Positions 50,031 through 60,289 of a stretch of 64,000 nt of DNA are shown here, in pieces. This stretch comes from an uncultured virus (IMG/VR IMGVR_UViG_3300005758_000005) (Duplodnaviria; Heunggongvirae; Uroviricota; Caudoviricetes). The notes beneath the pieces were generated by a model. The model worked only from the letters and a program-made list of their open reading frames with translations, was not told where the DNA came from and made no database searches. Position 1 is the stretch's first letter. Each line of letters opens with the position of its first letter. The position numbers and the translations under genes are program-made. The stretch is taken from the IMG/VR virus record IMGVR_UViG_3300005758_000005, positions 1-64,000 of that record; one strand, given 5' to 3'.

Positions 50031-50745
50031 TATCCTCTGACAAATTCATTTCATCCATTAAATCATCATAATTCATTTCAACCACAAGAGCATGTTTTTC
50101 TTCGTTGTGTTTTACTTGAAATATTTGATTAGCTGGTTTGCCAAATACATCTACTCTATGAGATGTAAATATTAATTGTATGTTCTCTGACTCAGAATAT
50201 TCTTTCAGAAAACTAGCTAATTTAATAATCTTGTCGTCAGCAGAAAGATGTTTTAAAGTCTCATCTAGTAATACAGGTCCTTGATATCCCTTAAACTTTA
50301 ATAGAGCAAAACTAAATGCTAATCCAACAACTTCAATTAAACCACCGCCTCTAGAATTTACAACACCAGTCTCTAGAATTGAATCATTATAAACTGATCT
50401 AATTCTAATCTCACATTTAAAATCATTTTTGCCTTTTTCTCTTTGTTCATCATGAGTATCAAAGAAAACAGCATAGTCTGAACCATAAATCTCTTGAATA
50501 AAGGTAGTTGCAGTTACTTCAAGAAAATCAAAAAACTCTTTCTTTTTTTCAAGTGCGATTCTATTCAAAAGTGCTACAGATTTTACCAATTGATTTTTAA
50601 GAGCTTTATTGTCAGCTATTTTAGATTCTAGTGTTTCAATTCTTTGCTTTAAATCATCTCTAAGGTTGACCTGAGTATTCAAGTCAACCTTATAATTATC
50701 TAAAAACTGTTTACATTCAAGCAGATTCATTTTCAATGTTCTCAA
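50008..50745 (-). CDS. SbcC/Rad50-like ATPase, C-terminal half
   Basis: Coiled coil, then signature-like SRGGG, Walker B VLLDE and H-loop IFTSH. Confidence 0.8.
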   Translation of the reverse strand: MRTLKMNLLECKQFLDNYKVDLNTQVNLRDDLKQRIETLESKIADNKALKNQLVKSVALLNRIALEKKKEFFDFLEVTATTFIQEIYGSDYAVFFDTHDEQREKGKNDFKCEIRIRSVYNDSILETGVVNSRGGGLIEVVGLAFSFALLKFKGYQGPVLLDETLKHLSADDKIIKLASFLKEYSESENIQLIFTSHRVDVFGKPANQIFQVKHNEEKHALVVEMNYDDLMDEMNLSEDIEAIDER

Positions 50746-51010
50746 TACTCTGATTCAACTTTGTGATTTCTTCCTCTAGCTCAATTGTAAGAGAGTCAAT
50801 CTTTTCTTTCAGCATCTTTGGAAGGCAATTATAAAGTTCTTGGCATTGAGTCTCAAGATCTGTCTTTTCCTTTAGCAATGTCTCATACTGCTCATTAAGG
50901 GTTTTCGTTGCTCCCTTGGCTTCTGAAATCTTGGTGTTAATCTTTTCAATTTCTTCAATATAATTCATCATTCTACTCCTGACTGTAAATAGTATCACGC
51001 ATTCTATCAA
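50717..51010 (-). CDS. Small coiled-coil protein in the SbcCD locus
   Basis: Heptad-rich ORF of about 85-97 aa between sbcD and the SbcC C-half. Confidence 0.65.
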   Translation of the reverse strand: MIECVILFTVRSRMMNYIEEIEKINTKISEAKGATKTLNEQYETLLKEKTDLETQCQELYNCLPKMLKEKIDSLTIELEEEITKLNQSIENIENESA

Positions 51011-51956
51011 CTGACAATGCTATTACATCTTCTTCAATGTTATTTTCTTTGCCATATTCTTTAATAAGTTGAATAGGATCATTAATAAGATTGAATTTCT
51101 TCATATCAATTTCAGAGAGCTTGCGAATATAAGCACTATTAGATTTGATTTCCTTTTTCTTAGTCTCTTTAGCTGAAAAATTAAAAATCATCTCTGCTGG
51201 TAAAGAACTTTCAAGCTTATGATATTCGACATTATAGATAGTACCCTCAAGATCATAAACAACAGATACTACATTAATATCCCTGCAAATAATTTCAGGT
51301 TGCATAGCGTATCTACCAACACTACCCGGATTTATAAACTGAACTCCATCTTCTCGCTTTTGTTGCATAGGAGAATGAATATGTCCACTTAAAACCAATT
51401 TAGTTGATGGATGAAACTTAGTGTCCTTAAAAATTACACCCTCAAAATCTCTTGCTGGAACTGTCATTAAAGAAGCATGTAAAGCAAGGATAGGATAATT
51501 TACGTTTTGAAGTTTACCAGCACGAATATCAGCATCAAGTTTAGGATAAAAATGTCCCAAATAGATTCCTAGATGATCTATGCTTTCACAATACTCCAAT
51601 AATCCGCTTGAAAACAATGTATTTAAACTAGACATTGGAAGATTAGACATGTTGTGACCAATATCATGATTGCCAATAACTGCGTAAGATTTAAATGGCC
51701 AAGGTTTACCAGTTTCATCACTTCTTAAAGCATGTAAAAGCTTAGATACAATTGTAGGCTGCACAACTGTTTTATCAAAAATATCTCCAAGAAAAACAAC
51801 AGCATCAACTTTCTGATCCCGCCCAATTTGAAGACACTCTAGAAATTCTTTAGCAGAAGTTTCACAATAATTATCTAATCTTCCCGGAGGTTGCTTTGAT
51901 GCGCAGTGATTATCTCCTACAAATAAAACCTTAAATTTACTCAACTTCTTCTCCAA
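50973..51956 (-). CDS. sbcD: SbcD/Mre11-like metallophosphoesterase nuclease
   Basis: GDNH, LGDIFD, IGNHDI, SGHIH, NPGS. Confidence 0.9.
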   Translation of the reverse strand: MEKKLSKFKVLFVGDNHCASKQPPGRLDNYCETSAKEFLECLQIGRDQKVDAVVFLGDIFDKTVVQPTIVSKLLHALRSDETGKPWPFKSYAVIGNHDIGHNMSNLPMSSLNTLFSSGLLEYCESIDHLGIYLGHFYPKLDADIRAGKLQNVNYPILALHASLMTVPARDFEGVIFKDTKFHPSTKLVLSGHIHSPMQQKREDGVQFINPGSVGRYAMQPEIICRDINVVSVVYDLEGTIYNVEYHKLESSLPAEMIFNFSAKETKKKEIKSNSAYIRKLSEIDMKKFNLINDPIQLIKEYGKENNIEEDVIALSVDRMRDTIYSQE

Positions 51957-53238
51957 TTAAGTTTACTGTACCACAACTTGAGCACTCAAAAGATTTCATA
52001 GACTTAAGTTTTTCAAGTTGTTCGATCTGCCCATAAAAGAAATCTATCTCTTCCTGTTTTGCTTTTAATGAATTTTTAACTTCATTGTAAGATACGATTT
52101 GGCTCTTACATGTTGAAAAGAAATTTTGCATATTAACCAAAGCTTCTTTCTTTTCATTGATGGATTTAATTTGAGCTACAATCTTTTTATCAGCTATCAG
52201 TTTACATCGTTCTAGCTCAGCCCTATTCTTATTAATTTTAAGGCTCAAATCTTCATGTTTTTTAACCATTTCCTTAGAAGATCTATATAATGACATTTTT
52301 GATTTAATAACTTCAAATTGTTCAATATTATCTTCTGACAAAATGCTATCATAAATCCGTTTCTTGTTTTTTAAATTGCTAATATTATCAGAGACTTTAT
52401 TATAATTTGATTGAAACGAGGCAAGAGATTGTATAGTCTTGTTGTTTTCTTTAATTAATTGAAAACTAGGCTCATGGTTAGCAATACTTTGATGATATTC
52501 TAGGCTCTTCTTAGTATTTTTAATCTGCCTTATGTTGTTCAATGCAGTTTGGTAAAAATCACTTAAAATTTCAAGATTAGATTCTTTAACTGAGCAATTT
52601 TCATAGATTAAAGACATTCTGTTAAGATCGATAAGTTTGTCATCCAAATTATCATAATCTTTCATCTTGTCATTTAATTCAGATAGAGTAGTTAAGTCGT
52701 CTTTAATTTTGCTTTCAACTTGATTGGCTTCAGAGTTCATCTTTTTACCACACGAATCAAAATAATCAAGTTTAATTAGTCTTGATATAAATCTTGGTAA
52801 CTCTGTGGAAGATAAGCTAGTAAGACAGGGTGGCGTAAATTGTCCTAGATATGCTAAAGAACCTAAACCAGAATCATCAACTATATCACTGTTTCCAAGA
52901 AGCTTTTTAATTGCATCAGTGTATTTAGAGCCAAAGTTGTGAAATTCTTGAGGTTCTTCATCAGGTGCGTAGTAAGTAAATACATTCTTAGATGGTCCTT
53001 TAGATCTAACAAATTTACGACCATCTACAAGTTCTACTGTGACTGTTGTATATTGAGCGCCTAAAGTTACAAAGCCTTTATCAAACTCATCATGTAGGAC
53101 AAAATTCATAGCTCTATTAATAGCTGTTTTGCCTCCATTACTTGTACCCGTGATAAGGTTAATGTTGCTATCAAAATCAATAACAGTGTGGTGATGATTT
53201 TGAAAGTTCTCTAATGTAAGTGTTTTAATTTTGTCCAT
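51937..53238 (-). CDS. SbcC/Rad50-like ATPase, N-terminal half with zinc hook
   Basis: LENFQNH, Walker A GTSNGGKT, Q-loop, long coiled coil, terminal CSSCG. Confidence 0.85.
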   Translation of the reverse strand: MDKIKTLTLENFQNHHHTVIDFDSNINLITGTSNGGKTAINRAMNFVLHDEFDKGFVTLGAQYTTVTVELVDGRKFVRSKGPSKNVFTYYAPDEEPQEFHNFGSKYTDAIKKLLGNSDIVDDSGLGSLAYLGQFTPPCLTSLSSTELPRFISRLIKLDYFDSCGKKMNSEANQVESKIKDDLTTLSELNDKMKDYDNLDDKLIDLNRMSLIYENCSVKESNLEILSDFYQTALNNIRQIKNTKKSLEYHQSIANHEPSFQLIKENNKTIQSLASFQSNYNKVSDNISNLKNKKRIYDSILSEDNIEQFEVIKSKMSLYRSSKEMVKKHEDLSLKINKNRAELERCKLIADKKIVAQIKSINEKKEALVNMQNFFSTCKSQIVSYNEVKNSLKAKQEEIDFFYGQIEQLEKLKSMKSFECSSCGTVNLIGEEVE

Positions 53239-53240
53239 AA

Positions 53241-53732
53241 TTAGTCCAGTAATATTTTATCCATAATAGTAGCAAAGTGCAATGAGATAAATTCTTCTTT
53301 TGGCTGATAATTCATAGATGGGGTTATTTTGTTATGTATCTCAATTCGGTCAATACTAGGATTTATTAATTGTATAGGACTATGAACCAATTCACAGCAC
53401 CTTTCTTGTGAATCACTTAAATTGTAATATCTCTTACAATGCAAACATTCAAAAGCAGATTTTTTGAAATATATAAGAAAACCAAGTTCATTTAGGTTCA
53501 AATCAGATTGAAATTCAAAAATCACTTTGTCATAATTTTTGTAGAATTTTTTAAGAAACCCAAGAGAATGATTTTTGTATATTATTCTTACTTGTTTTTG
53601 GCTGCTAATTGAAAAATTTTTAATATCAATAAGAAATCCACAAGTAGTGAGCATGTTGTTTTCAAAAAGTATCGCATGAAATTTATTAGAATCTTGAGTA
53701 AGAGATTCACGATTTAAAAGAGAGAGATTCAT
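53241..53732 (-). CDS. Hypothetical protein
   Basis: 163-aa ORF with CLHC...CC; ends 2 nt before the next start. Confidence 0.5.
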   Translation of the reverse strand: MNLSLLNRESLTQDSNKFHAILFENNMLTTCGFLIDIKNFSISSQKQVRIIYKNHSLGFLKKFYKNYDKVIFEFQSDLNLNELGFLIYFKKSAFECLHCKRYYNLSDSQERCCELVHSPIQLINPSIDRIEIHNKITPSMNYQPKEEFISLHFATIMDKILLD

Positions 53733-53930
53733 ATGATTATTAAAATTGACAGAGATATGATTGTAACTGAATTATATCAACTTAGAGCTATTGTTACAAA
53801 TATTTCCACTGACCCATTAGAAACAGAAGACGCTAGAAAAAAGATTGATGAATTAATCAATTTAATTTCTCTAGCGCCTCAAAGTGAAAACAATTCTAGC
53901 TTTCCGAAAATTTCAGTTAAAAGAGGTTAG
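53733..53930 (+). CDS. Hypothetical protein
   Basis: 65-aa ORF filling the gap between two minus-strand genes; GAGAG upstream. Confidence 0.45.
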   Translation: MIIKIDRDMIVTELYQLRAIVTNISTDPLETEDARKKIDELINLISLAPQSENNSSFPKISVKRG

Positions 53931-54649
53931 ATCTCCAAATCCGGTAATGAAATGTTTACATAAAAAGGCTCATCTGTCTCAACACTAGCGTATACAGATG
54001 TGGAAATTCGATAAACATTTCTAGATCCTGTGTGCGGACATTCAATTTGCCAGCTGTTATCATCGCAAGGTATAATCTTTCCTCTCTTAAGAGATTTAGG
54101 ATTATTGATAGCATATGATGTGGAAGAACTTACCTCTTCATTCCATTTAAAAATTCCGTTAGCTCTTAAACCTTCATCAGACATTTCTTCTTCCGTCATA
54201 TCGTCGAGTAAATCGAGCATATCAATAAGGAAATCTTGTCCATCTTCTGTGGTCACTGTCTCATAGTTAGCCATTGCATCAGAGTTTTCTTGAATTTCAT
54301 CATTGAACTTTGAATTGTCTACAGATGAAACTGAAGATTCTTTTGGAATAATTGAATTGTAAGAACCGCTTTGATAAGTTTTAAATACATCAAAGACAGA
54401 AACATTATTTTGCTTTTGTAATGTGTAAAGAACGCTGTATGCAAGCTTCTTAAATGATGGAGCGAAGCCATTCAGTTTTACAGTACAATTGTCGTCATTA
54501 AATTCAAGCTTACCAACTTCCATAACACCAACATTGGGAGACAGCAAAGCAGTGAACAATTTCATTCCAGATTCATTTTCTGAGGTTGTCAAATCACTCA
54601 TCAATGCTTCAAATCGTTCACGACCACGAGTAAGATTAAAGTTTTCCAT
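53927..54649 (-). CDS. Hypothetical acidic protein
   Basis: 240-aa ORF. Confidence 0.65.
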   Translation of the reverse strand: MENFNLTRGRERFEALMSDLTTSENESGMKLFTALLSPNVGVMEVGKLEFNDDNCTVKLNGFAPSFKKLAYSVLYTLQKQNNVSVFDVFKTYQSGSYNSIIPKESSVSSVDNSKFNDEIQENSDAMANYETVTTEDGQDFLIDMLDLLDDMTEEEMSDEGLRANGIFKWNEEVSSSTSYAINNPKSLKRGKIIPCDDNSWQIECPHTGSRNVYRISTSVYASVETDEPFYVNISLPDLEI

Positions 54650-54650
54650 A

Positions 54651-55472
54651 TCAAACAGTATTATACTCAGAAGGCACTAATATGTCAAAGCGAATTTCAA
54701 TCGGATAGTCAATTCCGCCAATAGGATAAAAAAAGAATTTATGATTTTCATTCTTTTGCACTTTAATATATAAAAAGTCATTTCTAGAATATGCTTTTTT
54801 AAATCCTGATTCATAAATTGTGTCTTTGTATTTGAAGATTATGTTGCCACTACCGCCTCTTGGACTGTATGACATTTTCAAAATACCTGATTTCTTTATA
54901 TCTACATTTAAACAAACTTCATACCCAAATTGACCATTTATATCATTGGGCGGATTTTCTCCAAGCCTGTGTATTGCGAAATTATCTAACTGATAATTAT
55001 AAACTTTTTTCCAATCATCATCAATAAGTAAGACGTGATTAATTTTTTTAGAAGAATTATCGAAAGAAATTTTAAATACAGAATTTTTTTTAAATTTGCC
55101 TTCTATTGCGCCTGATACGGTTTGATTAGGCTGCAAAATAATAGTTTTTTTAATTTGACCATCAATCTTATTATTTTTAAGAAACGAAACTGTAGCATTA
55201 GAACCAGCTCTACCAGGATCTTTATCGACATTAAGGCCAAAAGATGCATTAGAAACAAAACTGGAATACAAATTAAATTTGATATTTCTATTTGTTTTGT
55301 TTATATAATGGAAGAAAAATTTATTTTTTGATTCTTCATTGAATCTATGTTCTATAATCGATCCACTTGAATAAATCTTCTCAGGATTATTCAAATAGAT
55401 AAATTTCCCAGGTTGAATCATATTCCAAACTACCAAAAAACAGTATAAAGATAACTTAGAATAATAAAACAT
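54651..55472 (-). CDS. Hypothetical protein (DUF3370-like, tentative)
   Basis: YLNNPE, FFFHYIN, GRAG, GQFG, SPRGG; hydrophobic N-terminus; strong GGAGGGG SD. Confidence 0.55.
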   Translation of the reverse strand: MFYYSKLSLYCFLVVWNMIQPGKFIYLNNPEKIYSSGSIIEHRFNEESKNKFFFHYINKTNRNIKFNLYSSFVSNASFGLNVDKDPGRAGSNATVSFLKNNKIDGQIKKTIILQPNQTVSGAIEGKFKKNSVFKISFDNSSKKINHVLLIDDDWKKVYNYQLDNFAIHRLGENPPNDINGQFGYEVCLNVDIKKSGILKMSYSPRGGSGNIIFKYKDTIYESGFKKAYSRNDFLYIKVQKNENHKFFFYPIGGIDYPIEIRFDILVPSEYNTV

Positions 55473-55485
55473 CTCAACCCCTCCA

Positions 55486-55511
55486 AGGAAAAGAAAGTCT
55501 GTAAGTTGTAA
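55486..55511 (+). promoter_or_regulatory. Putative late promoter (AGGA-N18-GTAA)
   Basis: AGGAaaagaaagtctgtaagttGTAA, intergenic, upstream of the plus-strand virion operon. Confidence 0.45.
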
Positions 55512-55577
55512 TTAAAAAACAAATCACAGATAAAATACTTTTCTGAAAAATCTATTTTTTATCTTTTAGGTCAAGTC

Positions 55578-57899
55578 ATGAAATTCAATCTTTCGAAATT
55601 AAAAACAGCAGCAAAGCCAACCGCACAAGATTTAGAGAATCAGCTTAGAGCAGAATTAGCACCTTTAGCAGAAATGTATCAACAAGGCAAGATTTCTCAA
55701 AAGGATATTTATAGACTCCTTGGTACTACAATCAAGAACTACCAAAATGAAATTATTGCTGAGGAACTTGAAAGATTTAGAAAGCCAGTTCAAGATTTAA
55801 CAAGGCAAATTTCAAAACTTAAACCTGATTATGATCCTTCTGATATTTTATCTGAAGTTATGTCTAGCATTAATGTTGCAGTTATTCCTGAATTAAGAAG
55901 ACTTTATATTTTAGCAAAGAAGAGAACAGAAGAATTATTTAAAGAAATTTCAATTACTACTGAACCAGAAAAACAAACCTGGGGCACATTTGTAGCAGAC
56001 GAAAAAACAAGAATTTTAGATGACACTAAAGCATCTTTTGAAGAGTTTGTAGATAAGATTTCTAGTATGTTCGGAAATATTTCTGAAGATGAAGCCAAAG
56101 TCTTAATTAGAAATATTCCTCAGCCAGCTAATATTGAAAAAAATCCTGAGTTGCTTGCAAATAGATTCAGTGGAATTGACTCTTATTTTTCAACAAATAT
56201 TGTAGAGAAAAATCCACTTCCTCAATCCATGTCCAAATATGTAGAAGCCTCAAAAGCTGTGTTTTCATTTTTGACAGGTATCAGAAATAAGGCAAAAGAA
56301 ACTTGGACCCAATATATGTCTGGAAGAGATCCAATGGCATTGGAACATTTGCCTAAGGTTGATATGCAAATTGATACAGACCCTTGGAATTTGTTAGATC
56401 AAGCTGGTTATCAACTATCTGCTTTAATTGGCCCTATATCATATTGGAAAGTTGAAAATAAATCTGGCAATATTGAAAGCGATAGTAGTATAGATAGATC
56501 ATTCAATTCTGATGATGAAATTATTCGAAGAGTTCAAGAAACAGTAGCACAAGGTTATGATGACGATAGATTATTGTATATTTTAACAGATCCAAAAGAA
56601 TTACAAGGCAACCCAATTTTAAATGATCCTAATTACAAAAGATTAAGAGCCTTGTTTACTGAAATTTTAAGAAGTAATCGATCTAGATTTAAAGACATCT
56701 TGGTAAAAGCTGGTTTTCATGATCTTCCTGAAATTGTAGAAAGAGTAGATAAACTTCAAAAAGATCCTGTCTATGCAGATTTTAATCTTTATGTAAGGTC
56801 AAGACCAGAATCAAAACTATATAAAGTTTTAAGAGACGAATTTGACTTAAATCCATTGCCTTTTGAATCTAATATGAGAATGCCATCAGAATTTCCATGG
56901 GGCAGTACAATTAAAACAGACTTTCTTTTACCAGCAGATGTCATTCAATATTCTGGTAGTGAATTGACAATTAAAAGACAAATTGTTTTCACTGGTGAAT
57001 ATCTCGAAGGCCGAACAAAGTCTCAAGATCCTAAACAATTATATGGAGAAAAGCAATTCTTAGGTCCAGACGGTAAGCCTCATAAATTCAATATTAATGT
57101 TGGTGGAATTTCAATCTCTAAAGAGATGAAGACTGGTGTTTCAGTAAAAGAACAAGATATTTATAATGCTACTGCTGATTGGAAAAAAGTCGCTCAACCT
57201 GTTGTAGCATCTATGATTGGTTCAGCATCTCTCTACTTTACTGATGAAGATGCTAGACCTCCATATACTTCAGCTGCTAAAAAATTAGATCAACATTTTA
57301 TTATTTACGATTTTGCTGGATGTAATGATGATACATGTGTAGCCATGAATTTACTCAAAAAAGTTGCTTCTGAAAATCCTAATAGTGAAGCTGCAAGATA
57401 TCTCGCTACACCAAGAGAATTTGATCAGAAGAAAAAACAACTTGATTATTTAGATGTTGTAAAGGCTAATTTTTTGATGTCTAAAGTATTTTCTGCTGCC
57501 ATTGAGCGTTCATCTTCAAATAGTTTCACAGCAGAGTCCATGTATGCTCATTATGAATATTTGAAACAATTAAATCTTGACGAGCAAGATATTTTAAGAG
57601 AATATAGAAATACTCCAGATCAAAATGAAAAATTAAAACAAATTGCAGAATTAAAATTGTCTTTAAACAATTCACCTATGCAAGAATTTAAAGATAATTT
57701 CGAAGAAGCTAAAAATCAAAAAAGATTTGCAAGAATTTTAGCTGGTTTTGATTACTTAAAAGAATTAGTAAGAAGCACAGATATATCCGATGTTGATCTT
57801 AGAGTTAAAACTAACGATTTACAAAGAGGCTTAAATATCATGGAGCTTAAAACCTCAGCTGAAAGAATTAAGTTAATTAGAAAATATGCCTCTTCTTAG
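55578..57899 (+). CDS. Large hypothetical protein, probably virion-associated
   Basis: 773 aa; begins MKFNLSKLKTAAK and ends IRKYASS; central TDFLLP...GEY is weakly PD-(D/E)XK-like. Confidence 0.75.
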   Translation: MKFNLSKLKTAAKPTAQDLENQLRAELAPLAEMYQQGKISQKDIYRLLGTTIKNYQNEIIAEELERFRKPVQDLTRQISKLKPDYDPSDILSEVMSSINVAVIPELRRLYILAKKRTEELFKEISITTEPEKQTWGTFVADEKTRILDDTKASFEEFVDKISSMFGNISEDEAKVLIRNIPQPANIEKNPELLANRFSGIDSYFSTNIVEKNPLPQSMSKYVEASKAVFSFLTGIRNKAKETWTQYMSGRDPMALEHLPKVDMQIDTDPWNLLDQAGYQLSALIGPISYWKVENKSGNIESDSSIDRSFNSDDEIIRRVQETVAQGYDDDRLLYILTDPKELQGNPILNDPNYKRLRALFTEILRSNRSRFKDILVKAGFHDLPEIVERVDKLQKDPVYADFNLYVRSRPESKLYKVLRDEFDLNPLPFESNMRMPSEFPWGSTIKTDFLLPADVIQYSGSELTIKRQIVFTGEYLEGRTKSQDPKQLYGEKQFLGPDGKPHKFNINVGGISISKEMKTGVSVKEQDIYNATADWKKVAQPVVASMIGSASLYFTDEDARPPYTSAAKKLDQHFIIYDFAGCNDDTCVAMNLLKKVASENPNSEAARYLATPREFDQKKKQLDYLDVVKANFLMSKVFSAAIERSSSNSFTAESMYAHYEYLKQLNLDEQDILREYRNTPDQNEKLKQIAELKLSLNNSPMQEFKDNFEEAKNQKRFARILAGFDYLKELVRSTDISDVDLRVKTNDLQRGLNIMELKTSAERIKLIRKYASS

Positions 57900-58752
57900 T
57901 CCTGAATATATTTCTAAATGGTACTATTTAGAAGATTTAAACAATACAAATAATATTGTTTTAGTTCAGACCTGTAATCAAAATTTAGTAACTTCAGCAG
58001 AATCTAATCAATTAATGACTGGCCATGCTGGATCAATGTCTATAACTCCATCTCAATTTGACTGGAGTACATCTTTAAACAGCCCTATATTAGTAATTAA
58101 TAATATAGTTCCAAGTGATTCAAGAATTCATAAAGATTTATTCACATTTGTTAAAGAAAAATATGATTATCTTTGTAATCATTTAAATTATGGCGGAGAA
58201 CAATATCCATTAGACTCAAGTTATCTAATGAAAAAGTTCACAATAAAAATTGAAAATGATGTAGAAATAGATGCTGATTTAATTGGCAATATAGGAAGTT
58301 ATTTTAAAAATACATTAGCCGTTGATAATGAAAATTATCAATTATCATCAAAAGACTTTATTGCTAGAACTATCAAATTCTATGACATTAATTTTTATGT
58401 TAATGGAACTCAATTAAAATTGTTGACTGCAGATATTACTGCAAATTTTGATTATTCGAAAAATTATTTTATAAATTCAATGACTAGCATGCCATTTTAT
58501 GGTGTTAATTTTTTAAGAATCAATGGAAGAATAGAGTTCTTAATACCAGTAAGTGAATGGACAAGCTTTTCTGTCATAGAGCAGGAATACAACGCTTTAT
58601 TTACAGAACAAGCAAATGTATCGATACAAATACAAAATGAATATTTAAATCTAGGTCAAATTAATTTAAAAAATAGCCTTACGTTTAATTTAAATGGTTC
58701 ATTAACTACAGTCTCCTTGACATTTGAAACGTATGCAAGATATCGAGAATAG
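57886..58752 (+). CDS. Tail-tube-like structural protein (paralogue 1)
   Basis: Beta-rich, 288 aa; clearly paralogous to the next gene; the tube fold is an inference. Confidence 0.55.
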   Translation: MPLLSPEYISKWYYLEDLNNTNNIVLVQTCNQNLVTSAESNQLMTGHAGSMSITPSQFDWSTSLNSPILVINNIVPSDSRIHKDLFTFVKEKYDYLCNHLNYGGEQYPLDSSYLMKKFTIKIENDVEIDADLIGNIGSYFKNTLAVDNENYQLSSKDFIARTIKFYDINFYVNGTQLKLLTADITANFDYSKNYFINSMTSMPFYGVNFLRINGRIEFLIPVSEWTSFSVIEQEYNALFTEQANVSIQIQNEYLNLGQINLKNSLTFNLNGSLTTVSLTFETYARYRE

Positions 58753-58760
58753 GATCTTTT

Positions 58761-59771
58761 ATGCCACTTCTAGCCCCACAGCTTATTTCTACATGGTATT
58801 TGTTTCAGCAAAATCTCAATAATCAAAGCCTTATTCGTATTGTTGAAGATTGGACAGAACAACAAACCCAAGATTTAAATGAAAAGAAATTAATACAGGG
58901 TTCAAACGGAACTCATGTAATGGATGTTGGTGGTATTATTTGGGAAAATACAGTTAGAGCACCAGTTTTAATTATTAATCAAGCTACTGGTTATTCTAGT
59001 AGATATACAGACATTTTTGATCTATTATCTTATTCTTTCAATGCAACAAGATCCCCGTTTTTAGATCCTACATTAACTTTTTTAATGAAAAGTGCTGATA
59101 TAACAGTTGATCAATCTGGTGGTAGATGTGATATATCTTATTTATCTCCTATTCCAATGTCAAGAACACTAAATGCAGAAACTTATAAGACTATTGATGG
59201 AAATGGAAATTATATAAATGTTTCTCCTCCATTTTTAAGAGTTTATGCACCTGAAAATTATAATGTATTGCCAGACTTTATTGGAAGAGTTGCTAGATTC
59301 TATGATTTTTATGTTTCGTTTTTTGATACTGCAACACAATCATATACATCTTTCCCAGTATTGAATGCAAAGATTAATTTTACTTGTAATATTCAAAAGA
59401 ATTATTTTATTGGTTTTTACTCTCAAACTCCATTTTTGTCTGTTCAAGATTATTCTATTTCTGGAACTATGACAATTATGGCAGCTCCAGCAAGTTTTAG
59501 ATCTTTTGAAATTGATCCGCAAGTTGGGTATAACTCTGAAGAAAATTCATTTACGGGACCTGGTGTTCTTACTCCTATCAATGTTCAAATGGCAATAGGA
59601 GTAGCTGGTACTGCTTCAGATAGTTCAACAATTAGATCCCCTCAAAGAGAAATTTATTTAGGTTCAGCATCAATGAGATCTAATGTAACAAGAAATATGT
59701 CTCCTAACGAGATTACAAAGATTACTATAGACTTCAAGACATATACAAGACCATCTACTTCTGTATCTTAA
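58761..59771 (+). CDS. Tail-tube-like structural protein (paralogue 2)
   Basis: Shares MPLLxPxxISxWY, PxLxIN, DF.xR...FYD, KNYFI, PF and FxTYxR with the previous ORF. Confidence 0.55.
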   Translation: MPLLAPQLISTWYLFQQNLNNQSLIRIVEDWTEQQTQDLNEKKLIQGSNGTHVMDVGGIIWENTVRAPVLIINQATGYSSRYTDIFDLLSYSFNATRSPFLDPTLTFLMKSADITVDQSGGRCDISYLSPIPMSRTLNAETYKTIDGNGNYINVSPPFLRVYAPENYNVLPDFIGRVARFYDFYVSFFDTATQSYTSFPVLNAKINFTCNIQKNYFIGFYSQTPFLSVQDYSISGTMTIMAAPASFRSFEIDPQVGYNSEENSFTGPGVLTPINVQMAIGVAGTASDSSTIRSPQREIYLGSASMRSNVTRNMSPNEITKITIDFKTYTRPSTSVS

Positions 59772-59788
59772 ACTGTACAAAATAATTA

Positions 59789-60274
59789 ATGTGTACTTAT
59801 GAGAGTCTTGAAAATTATCAAGAAATTTTAACCTTTACTATTCCAGGTCGTCCAGCTACTAAAAAAACTTCTCAAAGAGTTGTAAGAATTGGAAGGATGA
59901 CTAAAGTTCTTCCTTCTGTGACTTATGAAAAATACGAGAAGAATTGTAGAGAGCATTGCGAAAACATCTGGAAAAATGCTGGAAATGATCCAATTGATTG
60001 TGGTATTGGAATTTATTATAAGGTTTATCTAGATTCTTATATCATTGGAGACTCTACAGGATATTTTCAAGCTATTGGTGATATTCTAGAAAAATTTGGA
60101 GTGATTGCTAACGATATGTGGATTCATTGGCTTTCTGATGATACACATGCAATTGCCATAGATAAAGCTAATCCAAGATGTGAAATCAAAATTGTAAGAT
60201 ATAAACATCCTTATGAAGCATATAGGATGGAAAAGATTGCTAAAGAAAATAAGAAAAATAAAACCCCAGTTTAA
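59789..60274 (+). CDS. rusA: RusA-like Holliday junction resolvase
   Basis: FTIPGRPATKKTSQR...DSTGYFQAIGDILEKFGVIANDMWI...IDKANPRCEIKI. Confidence 0.8.
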   Translation: MCTYESLENYQEILTFTIPGRPATKKTSQRVVRIGRMTKVLPSVTYEKYEKNCREHCENIWKNAGNDPIDCGIGIYYKVYLDSYIIGDSTGYFQAIGDILEKFGVIANDMWIHWLSDDTHAIAIDKANPRCEIKIVRYKHPYEAYRMEKIAKENKKNKTPV

Positions 60275-60289
60275 CCTGGGGTTTTATTT
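60256..60289. terminator. Bidirectional terminator
   Basis: AAATAAAACCCCAG-tttaac-CTGGGGTTTTATTT between convergent genes. Confidence 0.8.
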
